Of a stretch of DNA of 64,000 nt, positions 11,004 to 24,372 are shown one piece after another. The DNA comes from Styela clava (lineage: Eukaryota): NCBI RefSeq assembly GCF_964204865.1, contig NC_135252.1:17608001-17672000 (forward strand), read 5' to 3'. Numbering within the stretch: the stretch's first letter is position 1; each line of letters opens with the position of its first letter. The position numbers were made by a program, and so were the translations under genes. The notes beneath the pieces are model-generated. The model was not told where the DNA came from. It did no database searches and saw only the letters and a list, made by a program, of their open reading frames with translations.

Positions 11004-12570
11004 ATGAAGTGTAGATTTGGTTCTGTTTTCGTGATTCTTGTGCTTTTAACATTCGCGCGGAGTCGAAAGATATATTCAGGAAAAAACATCGACTTGAAAC
11101 GTGTAAGCTGGTATTTTATGTCAACGATGAACTACAATTGTAATCAAATTCCGTTTTTTTATAACATCAACAACAAACAAGATTAACCCAGGCGTAACTT
11201 GTAGAAGAGTATGGTATCTCACACTTGGTGTAAATTACTGGGATTGGAATGATTATGGGGATGTCACCTTGTTGTACCTTTCAATACAACAGAGTACAAT
11301 ATTATTGTGTACTTATACGAATTTCGTACAAAGTGAGCTGTTTTGCGAAGTAACTATTATTGGTGTTAATACAAAATGTAACTGAATGCTAACAGTTCGT
11401 ATTTCTAAAAGGAACAAATTAGATGCTCATGTTTCAAAAATCGATGATGTGAGGCGGGATTCTTTGGGTTATTATCGGATAAATTATCGGATATCGGAGT
11501 TTTACAAGTTTAATGAGATTTCTACGAGACCAAAATATCTCATTTAATTATCGTTTTATTTCGGGATGTTGAAAACCATTGCGCTCTCATTAAAGAGAAA
11601 AATTACAATTCGTTCACGCCATCAATACCATCAATTTCAGCAAAACTTCAAAATATCTTTTTCCTAGATGGTCAATGGGAGAACAACAAATTGTTCAGCA
11701 AACGAAGAGAGTCAGGCATCATTACTAAATCCTCTCAAGTCTAAGATTTTGATATTAAGAATATTGTTCTTGGAAGAAGTCTAGTTTTCTTTAACATATT
11801 CGAGCTTTTGTTTGTTCGCAGATGATCCATGGTTTATTTCTCATCGACATCGCTGTTATACAGGCCTATCTCTGTATGCTGTCGTCTACAAGCGATGGTA
11901 AGAAAATCATAAAACATTGCCTTAAATACATTTATTCGCTTGTTCTTCGCCTCCTTTATGTGTACGATAACACCATGGCACTATAATCTCCAATATTCGC
12001 TTACAAAATATATTCAAAAACTGCAAATGAACAATTTAAATGCGAGCTGTATTGTAAACAGTTATAGCAGAGCAGCACGACAAGAAAAGAAAATGTAGAC
12101 ACTCAAAAGTTTAACATCAAACTCAAGGACCTAGGATCATATTGGTTTACAACGTAACTTAATTGTTTTATTCGTTATCTTATCCATATACACCGATAGT
12201 TTCTTTGTCCCGCGATTGTTTTAACATTTTTATTCCCGAAAATCTTTGTTAGCAATTTCATTCAATCTCTTTAGATTCGGTTTTTCGTCGAATAGATCCC
12301 GATCGATGGCACTCTGAAACATAAACTGCTGGTAGTTGTATTTCCGCTTGAAATTCAAAGCACAAAAATTATAAATAAATATCGTTTATAACAATTCTCT
12401 TACTGTGTTTGCAGATCCGAAACTTCTGCTGCAATGTTTTACCCGGACGCCATCTTTATCTGGTGAAAAGATTTCCGAGTTGACGTTGTTTGCAACCAAT
12501 CAAGGAATCGACCCAGCGACATCAACTACCTGCTGATGTGATGGTGTTAATCTTGACATGCCGTAATGAT
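11004..12570 (+). pseudogene. Lipocalin pseudogene L2, copy 1
   Basis: Exon 1 (11004-11102) is intact and near-identical to L1. The start of exon 2 is deleted (frameshift), the exon-3 and exon-4 donors are lost, exon 5 has a deletion, and exon 6 has TGA at 12534-12536. Confidence 0.85.
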
Positions 12571-15290
12571 GATAAATTCAGAGCGGGCTTAGATCCTTAT
12601 AACACAGAACTTCCGGATATATATGTATAAAAATAATTGTGATTTTATCTAAATTTTATATATTAGTTGAGATTACTCAAATAGTTTCTTCCTAATGCAT
12701 AATCATACAAAAAATTATTTTCAAATAAAATAAGTTCGAACTTAATACTACCGCAGGTATTGGGGGCTTTCTGATTTAAATCCCGACCGTCCCGACCTAT
12801 TTTTTGATTGTTCCTATATCATATAAGTATAAGAAGACATAATATAGGACAGGAAAACAAACCACTGATCCGCGGTTTTTAAAATGCTCTGTTAAGTCAA
12901 GATTTAAAACAGGAAAAATCATTCATAATGCATTCACACAATATTTGATTTACTATTTCGGTATATTATTACGCATCAGCTACTGGCAATAGTTCTGTCA
13001 TCAAGTTTAAGTCATGAAAATACGAATGAGCTGTTGAAAACCCTTCTTGGTCCTACATATTCATGCGAATTCATGTTTTCACATTGAATTTACATTAAAT
13101 CCATCAACATTCTTCTTTTTGCTGATGAATATAAAATAGGTGACGTTTTCAGTAAAAAGGTTTGTCATTTCCGATATAAAATGAATAAAAATCGGTAATG
13201 ATCTTGTGCAATATTATTTTAATCATAACGTTTTTTATTGTGAAAATGGAGGGGGATGTTTAGTGAAGTTGTGCAGGAGCGAAATATCGATTTTTTTTAC
13301 TTCTTCCGACATAACTCAATATCTGAATTTAACGACAATGTTAGCTATTACTGATTTGTTCACAGATAGTCTCATTTTGATACATCGGATATATCAACAC
13401 ATTTCTTTAGAAACACCATGAGTTGTAAAAAATGTTGTAAGATATTGTTCAGGAATACTTTGCTGTTTCTGGGGGTTAGAATTTCATTTTGAAACGAAAT
13501 GGAACGATGTCAAACTTTTTAATTTGTACCCAATATTAGGGATGACGATCTGTCCTACTGCCAACGTTAGACATTTTATGTTCATCATTAAAAGGAAGAA
13601 TACTGGTGGATTTTTGAAAAATCATATTTAAAAACATGGATACCAATGAATATGAAAGGCTTTAACAATAACAACTCGGTAGTATTTCTGCATAAACCTA
13701 TATAATGCAAACGTATGCATTAATTGAAATATTATATCACAGTTTTCTTGGAAATTTAAAAACGCCATATTGAACTTTCATTTTCGTCAATATTTCTGAG
13801 TATAAATTTGACCGCAACCCAAGATAATTTCCGCCTTGATTCAACTGTAGCATCCTTCGGTGAATTGTAATCAATGGTAGTGCATATAATGCAAGGAGTC
13901 TGTAGCAGAAGTGAAGATAAATATCCTAGGATATTCAAGAGACTTGCTGCATACTGCAATTATATCTCAGAAACGTTTCTGACCTTGTGCAGCGGTTCTC
14001 TTGAATCACTTATATACATTTGATATATGGCGGAGTATTGGTAAATGCTGAAAACGGCGACAATGGGAAAACGAGTCGTCGTCATCAAGATGAATCTATC
14101 ATTATTGCAAACTGTGTGATATTCATTACTGAATTTCGAATCAACAGCCTAACTTTGGTTCCCCGCCGCTTCCCTTCATCAATCAAATTATGTTCTTTGC
14201 CTTTTGGCATAAATTTTGCATTTATATCTGTTTATTTGTATGACTGTTTGGGAAAAATAAACTTGACTATGACTACACAAATATATCAAGCCATATTAAG
14301 CAATAATTTTCATTGCCACACCAATTTTGCACCACGACTAATATTAAATATTCACACGAATATGAGAACGGAAAGCAATAAATTGTGCAACATCGACGAT
14401 TTTAGAATATTATTAATGATAATCTTTTAGGCATTGGGTACTATCCTTCTCCGATTTGATTGTTCGAAACTACGCATTCCGTCATTGATATTTTAAGTTT
14501 CTTGATGCATAGCAGGATTCGATTGACCATAATTGTCTATCTATATTACGTCTGGAATTGAAACATCGTTTTCTACGAGTAGTGAGCTAATATACGGATC
14601 AAAATGTATATAGCAAACGATAAGAAATAGTTTCAGTGTGTTTACGTGGCGAAGCAACGATGCGAAATGCACTGCTGGCAAATATCCTTCCAGTATTTCT
14701 ATGTCAGCTTCACGAGGTTTAGTGAATGATGCATGATATTTCAAAGAAAAAATACTCGTTTTTTTTAAAATACAGATAGTTGGTTCTTAATATTTGATCA
14801 GCTGCTCGTTTATAGAGTTGCTTGTTAGGCGGGTAAACAATATTGGTAACTAAGCAAGCTATTCGTGTAATGTTTTCGGATCATAAAATTTGCAGTTTTT
14901 CACAATGAACCCACCAATATAGGATGCGAAAATGTAGCAGATGTTGCAAATGCACAATGAGCCAAACCAAAAACGTTTAAGACTCGCAGATAGATCACTG
15001 ACATAGTGTTGAAATATATACAGCAACATCATAAAGTTTTATCATTTACTTCAGTCTGTATAAACAGTTCACAGAATTGTTCGTATAGTAAGCGGTTTAT
15101 TGTATGTTTATGTCCTAATATCTTTCTTGGAATCCATCGATCAAAATTTTACAAACGTACATGCTTTGATGTAATTTATTCAGAATAATTAGGTTAGATT
15201 TCACACGAGAAAATATGTAAATCAAAATCGGAAGTAGACACGGGTCATCATTGAATCGTCATCTGTATTTTCAAATTTGCTCGATAAGAC

Positions 15291-17149
15291 TTAACCTGCC
15301 GAAGAAAAACTAATGAAGTCAAATAATACTTATGCGCTAAATGATATTTTTAGAGAAGATTGTAACGAAGATACAAAATATTCCAATACAGAAATAAAGA
15401 CAACAAGGCGAGTGAAGAATTGCAGAATAAAACATCCGCTTTGTTTGTCTTTACTATATTTACGGTATTTTTGAAATTTACTCAATATTAAAATCAAAAA
15501 TATCAAATATTAAATTACTTTGAACTAGGTTATTTAGATAACGGTATTGATAATTTGGGATAAGTATAACCAGTAACAATTACATCCAGACAAATATAAT
15601 TAAAATTTCAAATCTTCCAATTGAACAATATCATTCTAGTATTTCATCAACTTTAAAAGTAATATATCAGTCATCAATAGATCAAAATAATTTTACTGTT
15701 AACATTTTATGAAAGTATGTATTTTGTTTTCTGTGAAATACATTAGATTGAACTATGATGATGAATTGATCAGTTTAACTGCTCTTACAATTGTACCAGC
15801 GATGTTTCTTAAAATATTTTTTTTCAGATAGGTTACTCATGTAACTTATGAATAATATAGAATATAGGTAATGCTTTGATTCAACTTCTGCTTTCATTTA
15901 TAAGACAACATATCCGCCTCACCTCTCTTTACTGCTCGAACAATTTCCTCCACTATAGGAATCCACCAGAATCTTTCCTGATCTTTGTCGTCAAATGTTT
16001 TTGACGCTTCATCAGATTGATCACCTGCAATAATTACAGAAAATTTTAAATTTTATATGGCTTCAATTCAATACTTTCATCTCGTATTTTCAAATTTCTG
16101 AAAATTTCGAATTATATAAAACAAAATATATCGGATTTTTAATAAAACGAATTATTGGCTTTACCTCTCTCTACTGCGTTAACAATTTTTGCCACTAAAG
16201 GAATCCACCAAAATCTTTCATGATCTTTGTTATCAACGGTTTTCGAGGATTTCCCAGATTGGTTACCTGCAATAATTACAAAGAATTTCAAATTTGATAT
16301 AGCTTCAAATTTAAAATAAGATTATTTATTTTTCATTTTCCTTTTTTTTTTTTTGATAAAATTTAAATCATATAAAATCAATACGTGAAAATTTGTGATG
16401 CATTTATCAACAACTGAATCGGATGGAGATTTAGATACAATAATGTGATTTACAGAGTTGTTGAGTTTTTTTCGACATTTGGGATTTTAAAAATATATCA
16501 TATATCATTCTGGAATTGTTCGTCAGCATTTAAAAATTTTCGATAAAGATTTAGTGAAAATACAGGTTCAAATGTTATACCGACCAAATTCCAGAAATAG
16601 TTACCAAATGAGTAGGCAAATGATTGAGAAATGCTCACGTAATAAATAAGATAAATTGAACTTACGAGATTCAAGAGACTTTGCCCTGTAAAAATAAATG
16701 CAGACTTTATTATAGCTTTCCGTAACTTATCAATCTGGAAATTGTTAGAACATTTTATAATTGAGCTCGTTTGGAATCATTGAAAAATACATGCATCCTT
16801 TTTTATACGCAAAGCTATATTTGAGTTAAGATTAAACATGGATCAATAATAAACAGTGGAATCGACGATATTGATAAATAATTTCGAAATTGGATAAATA
16901 CTCTCGTCTATCTTGGTATTTTATTCCTGAATGAAATCTTCAACTTTTTCATGTTGCCAGAAAAAAGTTCAAACAAAAATTAATTTAAAGTACATTGATA
17001 GAATTACGTTGTGTTGTTTAGTTCATATAAAAATTCAAATGTATCAGATGGAATGAAAATCAAACACGGCGATGAGGTAAAACTAACCTGGTTAATCCAA
17101 AACTGCAGATCATCATGGCTAAAACTAACATTGCAATTTTTCCAGACAT
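15291..17149 (-). CDS. Secreted peptide precursor B1 (2 modules, 96 aa)
   Basis: Exons 17149-17088 (MSGKIAMLVLAMMICSFGLT), 16685-16666, 16266-16165 (NQSGKSSKTVDNKDHER-FWWIPLVAKIVNAVER-G), 16024-15923 (DQSDEASKTFDDKDQER-FWWIPIVEEIVRAVKR-G) and 15295-15291 (Gly+TAA). All introns are GT-AG and in frame. Confidence 0.85.
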
Positions 17150-19136
17150 TTTTCCTTCTTGTTCTTTTCTGTTGGAAGTTGACTGAATTTGAAACAAAAT
17201 TCGACTGTATAGAAAGTTTGAAGCAAGCGCATTTTATACACTTTACCTTTCCGTCTGTAAACAGATGTTTTATTGAAATATAACACGCAATAAAAAGCTT
17301 ATGTTGTTCCATAAGGTGATTTTTTTGGAATAAATTACAGATGATATCCGGATAAATAAATATTAATTACTTTTCTAATTATTAAGAATCGGATCCACAT
17401 GTATCAGTTTCGCAATATTCTATAGTATTTGATTTGTAATGTAGAGGCTGGTTAGAAGCTCAAATTGTTTTGGTCTCATATTTTCTTTTCGTTAGAAATT
17501 GTTCTCATTTTATGTTCTCATTGCTCTCGTGTGATTGTTGCCTTTCTTGTACATTTGAAAAAAAACGTAAATCAAGGAATTAAATAGGAAACTAGTTTTT
17601 TAATTAATGAAATATCAATTATAGTATCAATGAAATTTTAGTTTACTTCTTACTGCACTTATTACTGCATTGAATACAATTTACGGAAGGATGCGACTGT
17701 TGAATCGAGGCGGAAATTATTATGCGTTGTCGTCTAATACTCAGAAATAATAACGAAAATGAAAGTTCAATATGGCGTTTCTAAATTTCCAAGCAAACTG
17801 TTTTATAACGATTCAATGCACAATTTTTTTTTTGTTATATATATTTATATGCAAAAAATACAACTGATGTGTTATTGTTAAAGCCTTTCGGCATTTCATA
17901 TTCATTGGAATCCATGTTTTCAAATATGATTTTTCAAATAATCCACTAGTCTTCTTCTTTTTATTGACGAACATAAAATTTCGAATGTTGGCAGTAAAAA
18001 GGATCGCCATTCATGTTAAGGGGTGTAAATTGAAAACTTTGACATCGTTCCACTTCGTCCTAAAATGAACAATTAAATTCCGAGGCTAACCTGGCTAACC
18101 CAGACAGTCCCCGAACTCGTAATAGAACTAAAATTAGGAAAATCGTAATAAAATTATGGCCTAATCCTAACCTGGTACACACACTACGGGTGCCCCGTCC
18201 CTAACAAAACATGAAACATTTTGATTAAAGAAAAATTGCAAACGATTAACGCCGATACCGGTTACCATGTTACTTCCTAAAATAAAACTCGGTGTATAAT
18301 TATTATCTTAAGCTGTTATTTGCTCGATTTCTCACTTTTACCTTTATTCATTCATGTGCAACTCAATCCAAAAAACGGTTGGTATTATTTAGGTTTATTT
18401 ATTATATAATCAATATATATATATAATAAATTTATATAATACAAAATTGGTCATTGATTGAATAATAATAAAACAGTTTTCTTGGAAATCTAGAAACGCC
18501 ATATTGAATTTCTATTTTCAATTATTTCTCTGAATATAAACTAAACGGCAACCCATATTAATTTCCGCCTTGATTCAAAAGTCGCATCCTTCCGTGAATT
18601 GTATTCAATTGTAGTAAGTGTAGTAAGAAATCAACTAAAATTTTATCGATACTATAATTAATATTTCATTGATCAAACAATCGATTTCTGTTTTAATTTT
18701 TTGACTTACGTTTTTTAAATATACAAGAATTGCATCAATTACACAAAACGTGAATATTCTTTAAAGTCAGCGTAAAGTAAGGACAATTCCTAACGAAACG
18801 AAAACATTAGGCCAAAACAATTTAAGCTGCTAATCAGCCTCTACATTACAAATCAAATTTATTAGAATATTGCGAAACTGATACAGCTGGATCCGAGTCT
18901 TAATAATTAGAAAATTAATTAATATTTATTCATCCGGATATCATCTGTAATTTATTCCAAAAAATTCACCTTATGGAACAACATAAGCTTTTTATTGCGT
19001 GTTATATTTCAATAAAACATCTGTTTACAGACGGAAAGGTAAAGTGTATAAAATGCGCTTGCTTCAAACTTTCTATACAGTCGAATTTTGTTTCAAATTC
19101 AGTCAACTTCCAACAGAGAAGAACAAGGAAGAAAAA

Positions 19137-22100
19137 ATGTCTGGAAAAATTGCAGTACTCGTTCTGGCCATGATAATCTGCAGTTTTGGATTAACCAGGT
19201 TAGTTTTACCTCATCGCCGCGTTCTGTTTTCATTCAATCTGATACATTTCAATTTTTATATGAACTAAACAATACAGGTTTATTCTAGCAATGTACTTTA
19301 AATTAGTTTTTGTTGAGAAACTTTTTTCTGGCAACATGAAAAAGTTGAAGATTTTATTCAGGAATAAAATGCCAAGATAGACGGAGTATTTAGATAGATA
19401 GAGTATTTATCCACTATCGAAATTATTTTTAAATTTCGTTAATTCCATTGTTTATTATTGATTCATGTTTGATCCTAATTCAAATACAACTTTGCGTATA
19501 AAAATGATGCATGTCTTTCTCAATGATTCCAAACGAGCTCAATTATAAAATGTTCTAACAATTTCCGGATTGATAAGTTACGGAAAGCTTTAATATAGTC
19601 TACATTTATTTTTACAGGGCAAAGTCTCTTGAATCTCGTAAGTTCAATTCATCTAATTTATTACGTGAGCATTTCTCAAACATTTGCCAACTCATTTGGT
19701 AACTATTTCTGGAATTTGGTCGGTATGCCATTTGAACCTGTATTTTCACTAAAACTTTTATTCGAATCGAAAAATTTTAAATGCAGACGAACAATTCCAG
19801 AATGATATATGATATTTTTCTAAATCCCAAATGCCGAAAAAACTCAACAACCCTGTAAATCACATTATTGTATCTCAAACTCCATCCGATTCAGTTGTTA
19901 GTGCACCACAAATTTTCACGTTTTATTTTATATAATTCAGTTTTAATCAATTATTTTATTTTATAGGATAAAAACCGAATTTAAAAGCAATTTCATTCAT
20001 TTACGATATTTTGTTTGTTTGGGGGACGAGTTGGAAAACACACTAAATTTTTATATTTTATCCCATATGGTTCGGAATATTTCAAAAATATCTGAAAATA
20101 CGAGATGAAAGTATTTCATTGAAGATATATAAAATTTAAAATTCTTTGTAATTATTGCAGGTGACCAATCTGAAGAAGTCTCAAAAAACTTTGATAACAA
20201 TGATCAAGAAAAAATTTTCTGGTGGGTTCCTATCGTGAAAGAAATTGTTCAAGCAGTAAAGAGAGGTAAGGAAAACATTTGTTTTATTGATAAAAAACCA
20301 AATTTTATCTAAAATTGTTTGTTTAAATCAGGGATAAGTGCAAAACACTAAATTTTTATATTTTGTTCCATTTGGTTCCAAATTTTCAAAAGTTTGAAAA
20401 AACGAGATGAAAATATTCAATTGAAGCTATATCAAATTATCTGTAAATATTGCAGGTGACCAATCTGAAGATGCTTCAAAAACATTTGACAACAAAGATC
20501 AGGAAAAAATTTTCTGGTGGGTTCCTATCGTGAAAGAAATTGTTCAAGCAGTAAAGAGAGGTAAGGAAAACATTTGTTTTATTGATAAAAAAAACAAATT
20601 TTAACTAAAATTGTTTGTTTAAATCAGGGATAAGTTCAAAACACTAAATTTTTATATTTTGTTCCATTTGGTTCCAAATTTTCAAAAGTTTGAAAAAACG
20701 AGATGAAAATATTCAATTGAAGCTATATCAAATTATCTGTAATTATTGCAGGTGACCAATCTGAAGATGCTTCAAAAACATTTGACAACAAAGATCAGGA
20801 AAAAATTTTCTGGTGGGTTCCTATCGTGAAAGAAATTGTTCAAGCAGTACAGAGAGGTAAGGAAAACATTTGTTTTATTGATAAAAAACCAAATTTTATC
20901 TAAAATTGTTTGTTTAAATCAGGGATAAGTGCAAAACACTAAATTTTTATATTTTGTTCCATTTGGTTCCAAATTTTCAAAAGTTTGAAAAAACGAGATG
21001 AAAATATTCAATTGAAGCTATATCAAATTATCTGTAAATATTGCAGGTGACCAATCTGAAGATGCTTCAAAAACATTTGACAACAAAGATCAGGAAAAAA
21101 TTTTCTGGTGGGTTCCTATCGTGAAAGAAATTGTTCAAGCAGTAAAGAGAGGTAAGGAAAACATTTGTTTTATTGATAAAAAAAAACAAATTTTAACTAA
21201 AATTGTTTGTTTAAATCAGGGATAAGTTCAAAACACTAAATTTTTATATTTTGTTCCATTTGGTTCCAAATTTTCAAAAGTTTGAAAAAACGAGATGAAA
21301 ATATTCAATTGAAGCTATATCAAATTATCTGTAATTATTGCAGGTGACCAATCTGAAGATGCTTCAAAAACATTTGACAACAAAGATCAGGAAAAAATTT
21401 TCTGGTGGGTTCCTATCGTGAAAGAAATTGTTCAAGCAGTAAAGAGAGGTAAGGAAAACATTTGTTTTATTGATAAAAAAAAACAAATTTTAACTAAAAT
21501 TGTTTGTTTAAATCAGGGATAAGTTCAAAACACTAAATTTTTATATTTTGTTCCATTTGGTTCCAAATTCTCAAAAGTTTGAAAAACCGAGATGAAAATA
21601 TTCAATTGAAGCTATATCAAATTATCTGTTAAAATTGCAGGTGACCAATCTGAAGATGCTTCAAAAACATTTGACAACAAAGATCAGGAAAAATTCGTTT
21701 GGTGGATTCCTTTAGTGGAAGAAATTGTTCAAGCAGTAAAGAGAGGTAAGGAAAACATTTGTTTTGTTGATAAAAAAACAAATTTTAACTAAAATTGTTT
21801 GTTTAAATCAGGGATAAGTTCAAAACACTAAATTTTTATATTTTGTTCCATTTGGTTCCAAATTTTCAAAAGTTTGAAAAACCGAGATGAAAATATTCAA
21901 TTGAAGCTATATCAAATTATCTGTTATTATTGCAGGTGACCAATCTGAAGATGCTTCAAAAACATTTGACAACAAAGATCAGGAAAAATTCGTTTGGTGG
22001 ATTCCTTTAGTGGAAGAAATTGTTCAAGCAGTAAAGAGAGGTAAGGAAAACATTTGTTTTGTTGATAAAAAAACAAATTTCAACTAAAATTGTTTGTTTA

Positions 22101-22817
22101 AATCAGGGATAAGTTCAAAACACTAAATTTTTATATTTTGTTCCATTTGGTTCCAAATTTTCAAAAGTTTGAAAAACCGAGATGAAAATATTCAATTGAA
22201 GCTATATCAAATTATCTGTTATTATTGCAGGTGACCAATCTGAAGATGCTTCGAAAACATTTGACAACAAAGATCAGGAAAAATTCGTGTGGTGGATTCC
22301 TTTAGTAGAAGAAATTGTTCAAGCAGTAAAGAGAGGTAAAGAAAATATTTTCCCAAATGAAAGCAGAAGTTGAAACAAAACAATATCATATTATTCATAA
22401 ATTACATGAGTAACCTATCTGAACATTTTTTGCTTCAATGTGAAGCACATGAATGACAAATGACTTTTGAAGTTGATAAAATACTAAAATTAAATTGTTC
22501 ATTTGAAAAGTTTGAAATTTCAAGTATATTTGTCTGGATGTAATTGTTACTGATTATACTTATCCTAAACTACAAATACGGTATCCGAATTACTCAGTCT
22601 AAAGTAACTTGATTTTTGATACCGTGAAATTCAATTATAACAGTTGAAACTTAATCATAGTAAAGACAAACAAAGCGGTTGTTTCATTCTGTATTTGTCT
22701 CGTCTTTATTTCCTTTATATACTAAATATTTAATATTTTTTGTACAATCGTCAATATAGATGATATTAAACGCAGATGTATCATTTGATTTCAATAGTTT
22801 TCTCATTTGCAGGTTAA
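19137..22817 (+). CDS. Secreted multi-peptide precursor A2 (8 modules, 308 aa)
   Basis: Exons 19137-19198 and 19618-19637, 105-nt modules starting at 20161, 20456, 20752, 21047, 21344, 21641, 21936 and 22231, and last exon 22813-22817. All introns are GT-AG. The HAIER module is deleted and one module ends AVQR-G. Confidence 0.87.
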
Positions 22818-23252
22818 GTCTTATCCAGCAAATTTGAAAATACAGATGACGATTCGATGATGACCCGTGTCTACTTCCGATTTTGATTTACATATTTTCT
22901 CGTGTGAAATTTAACCTAATTATTCAGAATAAATTACATCAAAGCATGGACGTTTGTAACATTTTGGAACATACAACATATATATATATATATACAATAA
23001 ACCGCTTACTATACGAACAAATCTATGAACGGTTTGTACAGGCTGAAGCAAATCGAATAACTTTATGATGTAACTGTATATGTTGCAACACTATATCGGT
23101 GATCGTTCTGCCAGTCATTAACGTATCTGGGTTTGCTTATTGTGCATTCGCAGCATCTGCTGCCTCAAAAATTTTCGCATCAATTATTGTTTGAATTTTG
23201 AAATCAAGGTGCAGGGGACAGTAAAATAGTTTTGTAACGACGTAACTTACAT

Positions 23253-23439
23253 GGTTCCATTACATATGAACCCACGTACATTTGAACCCATGACAATTGC
23301 ACCTGTATGCTATTGCACCTATGAAATTTTTTTTGTTTCTCGGATAGTTAAACCCATACTAACCCTAACCCATGGGTTTTAGCACCCGCATATAGATTGA
23401 ACCCGTGGATATACGCATGGGTTCAAATGTACGGTCACC
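23253..23439. mobile_element. MITE with 9-bp TSD (aacttacat)
   Basis: Empty site in units 1 and 3. Ends are ggttccattaca...gtacggtcacc, with internal tacatttgaaccc repeats and a taaccctaaccc motif. Confidence 0.85.
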
Positions 23440-24372
23440 AACTTACATTAATGACTTGCTTAGTTACCAATATTATCTATTAGCCTAGCAAGCGACTCTA
23501 TAAACGAGCGGCTGATCAAATATTAGGAATCTATCATCTGTATTTAAAAAAACGAGTATTTTTTTCTTTGGAATATCCTGCACCATTCCCTAAACCTCGT
23601 GGAGCTGACATAGAAATAATAAATCGTTTTTGTTGCAATACTGGAAGTATATTTGCCAACAATGCATTTCGTACCGTTCCTCCGCCACGCAAACACACTG
23701 AAACTATTTCTTTTCGTTTGCTATATACATTTTGATCCGTATTAGCTTACTACTCATAGAAAACGATTTTTCAATTGCATTCGTATTAAAAATAGACAAT
23801 TATGGACAATCGAATCCTGCTATGCACCAAGAAACATAAAATATCAACGAGAATATCGGTCAGAAACCGAAGACTTATCGAAGTCTTATCGAAAAAAAAG
23901 CAACTATCTCCTAATATCTACCTATCTATCTGTTGATATTGTTCTGTTCATATCATAATAACTCATCATAAGCTGAATTTGACGACTTCGGCTGCACGGT
24001 TTCTATAATTGTGCGATATAAATATTATTTTACAGTCGATTGCAAAACTATCTCTATTGTGGCAGGCTGGAAGCTTTTACAAATTTTAACCAGCAAGACG
24101 CCTCCAATAATTGATTGCGATAGTATAGATCTTGAAGATCTTTTATTTCAAAAAATGATGGAATTAATGTCAAGAAAATTATTTTTTGTGTGATTATGCA
24201 TTACGGAGAAACGGTTTAAATGCTCCCACCTAATATGTCAAGAATCAAATTTTTGATAAATCACAACAAATTTTATATTTATATAGTCGGTGTTTTTGTT
24301 TTAAAAAGATTTAAGACCACTTCTGAATAATTACAAACAAAACGACATTTCACAAAAATGCTCATACTATTG

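Noticed and set aside
23358-23372. Telomeric repeat or chromosome end
   Set aside because: Only two CCCTAA-like units, inside a MITE.
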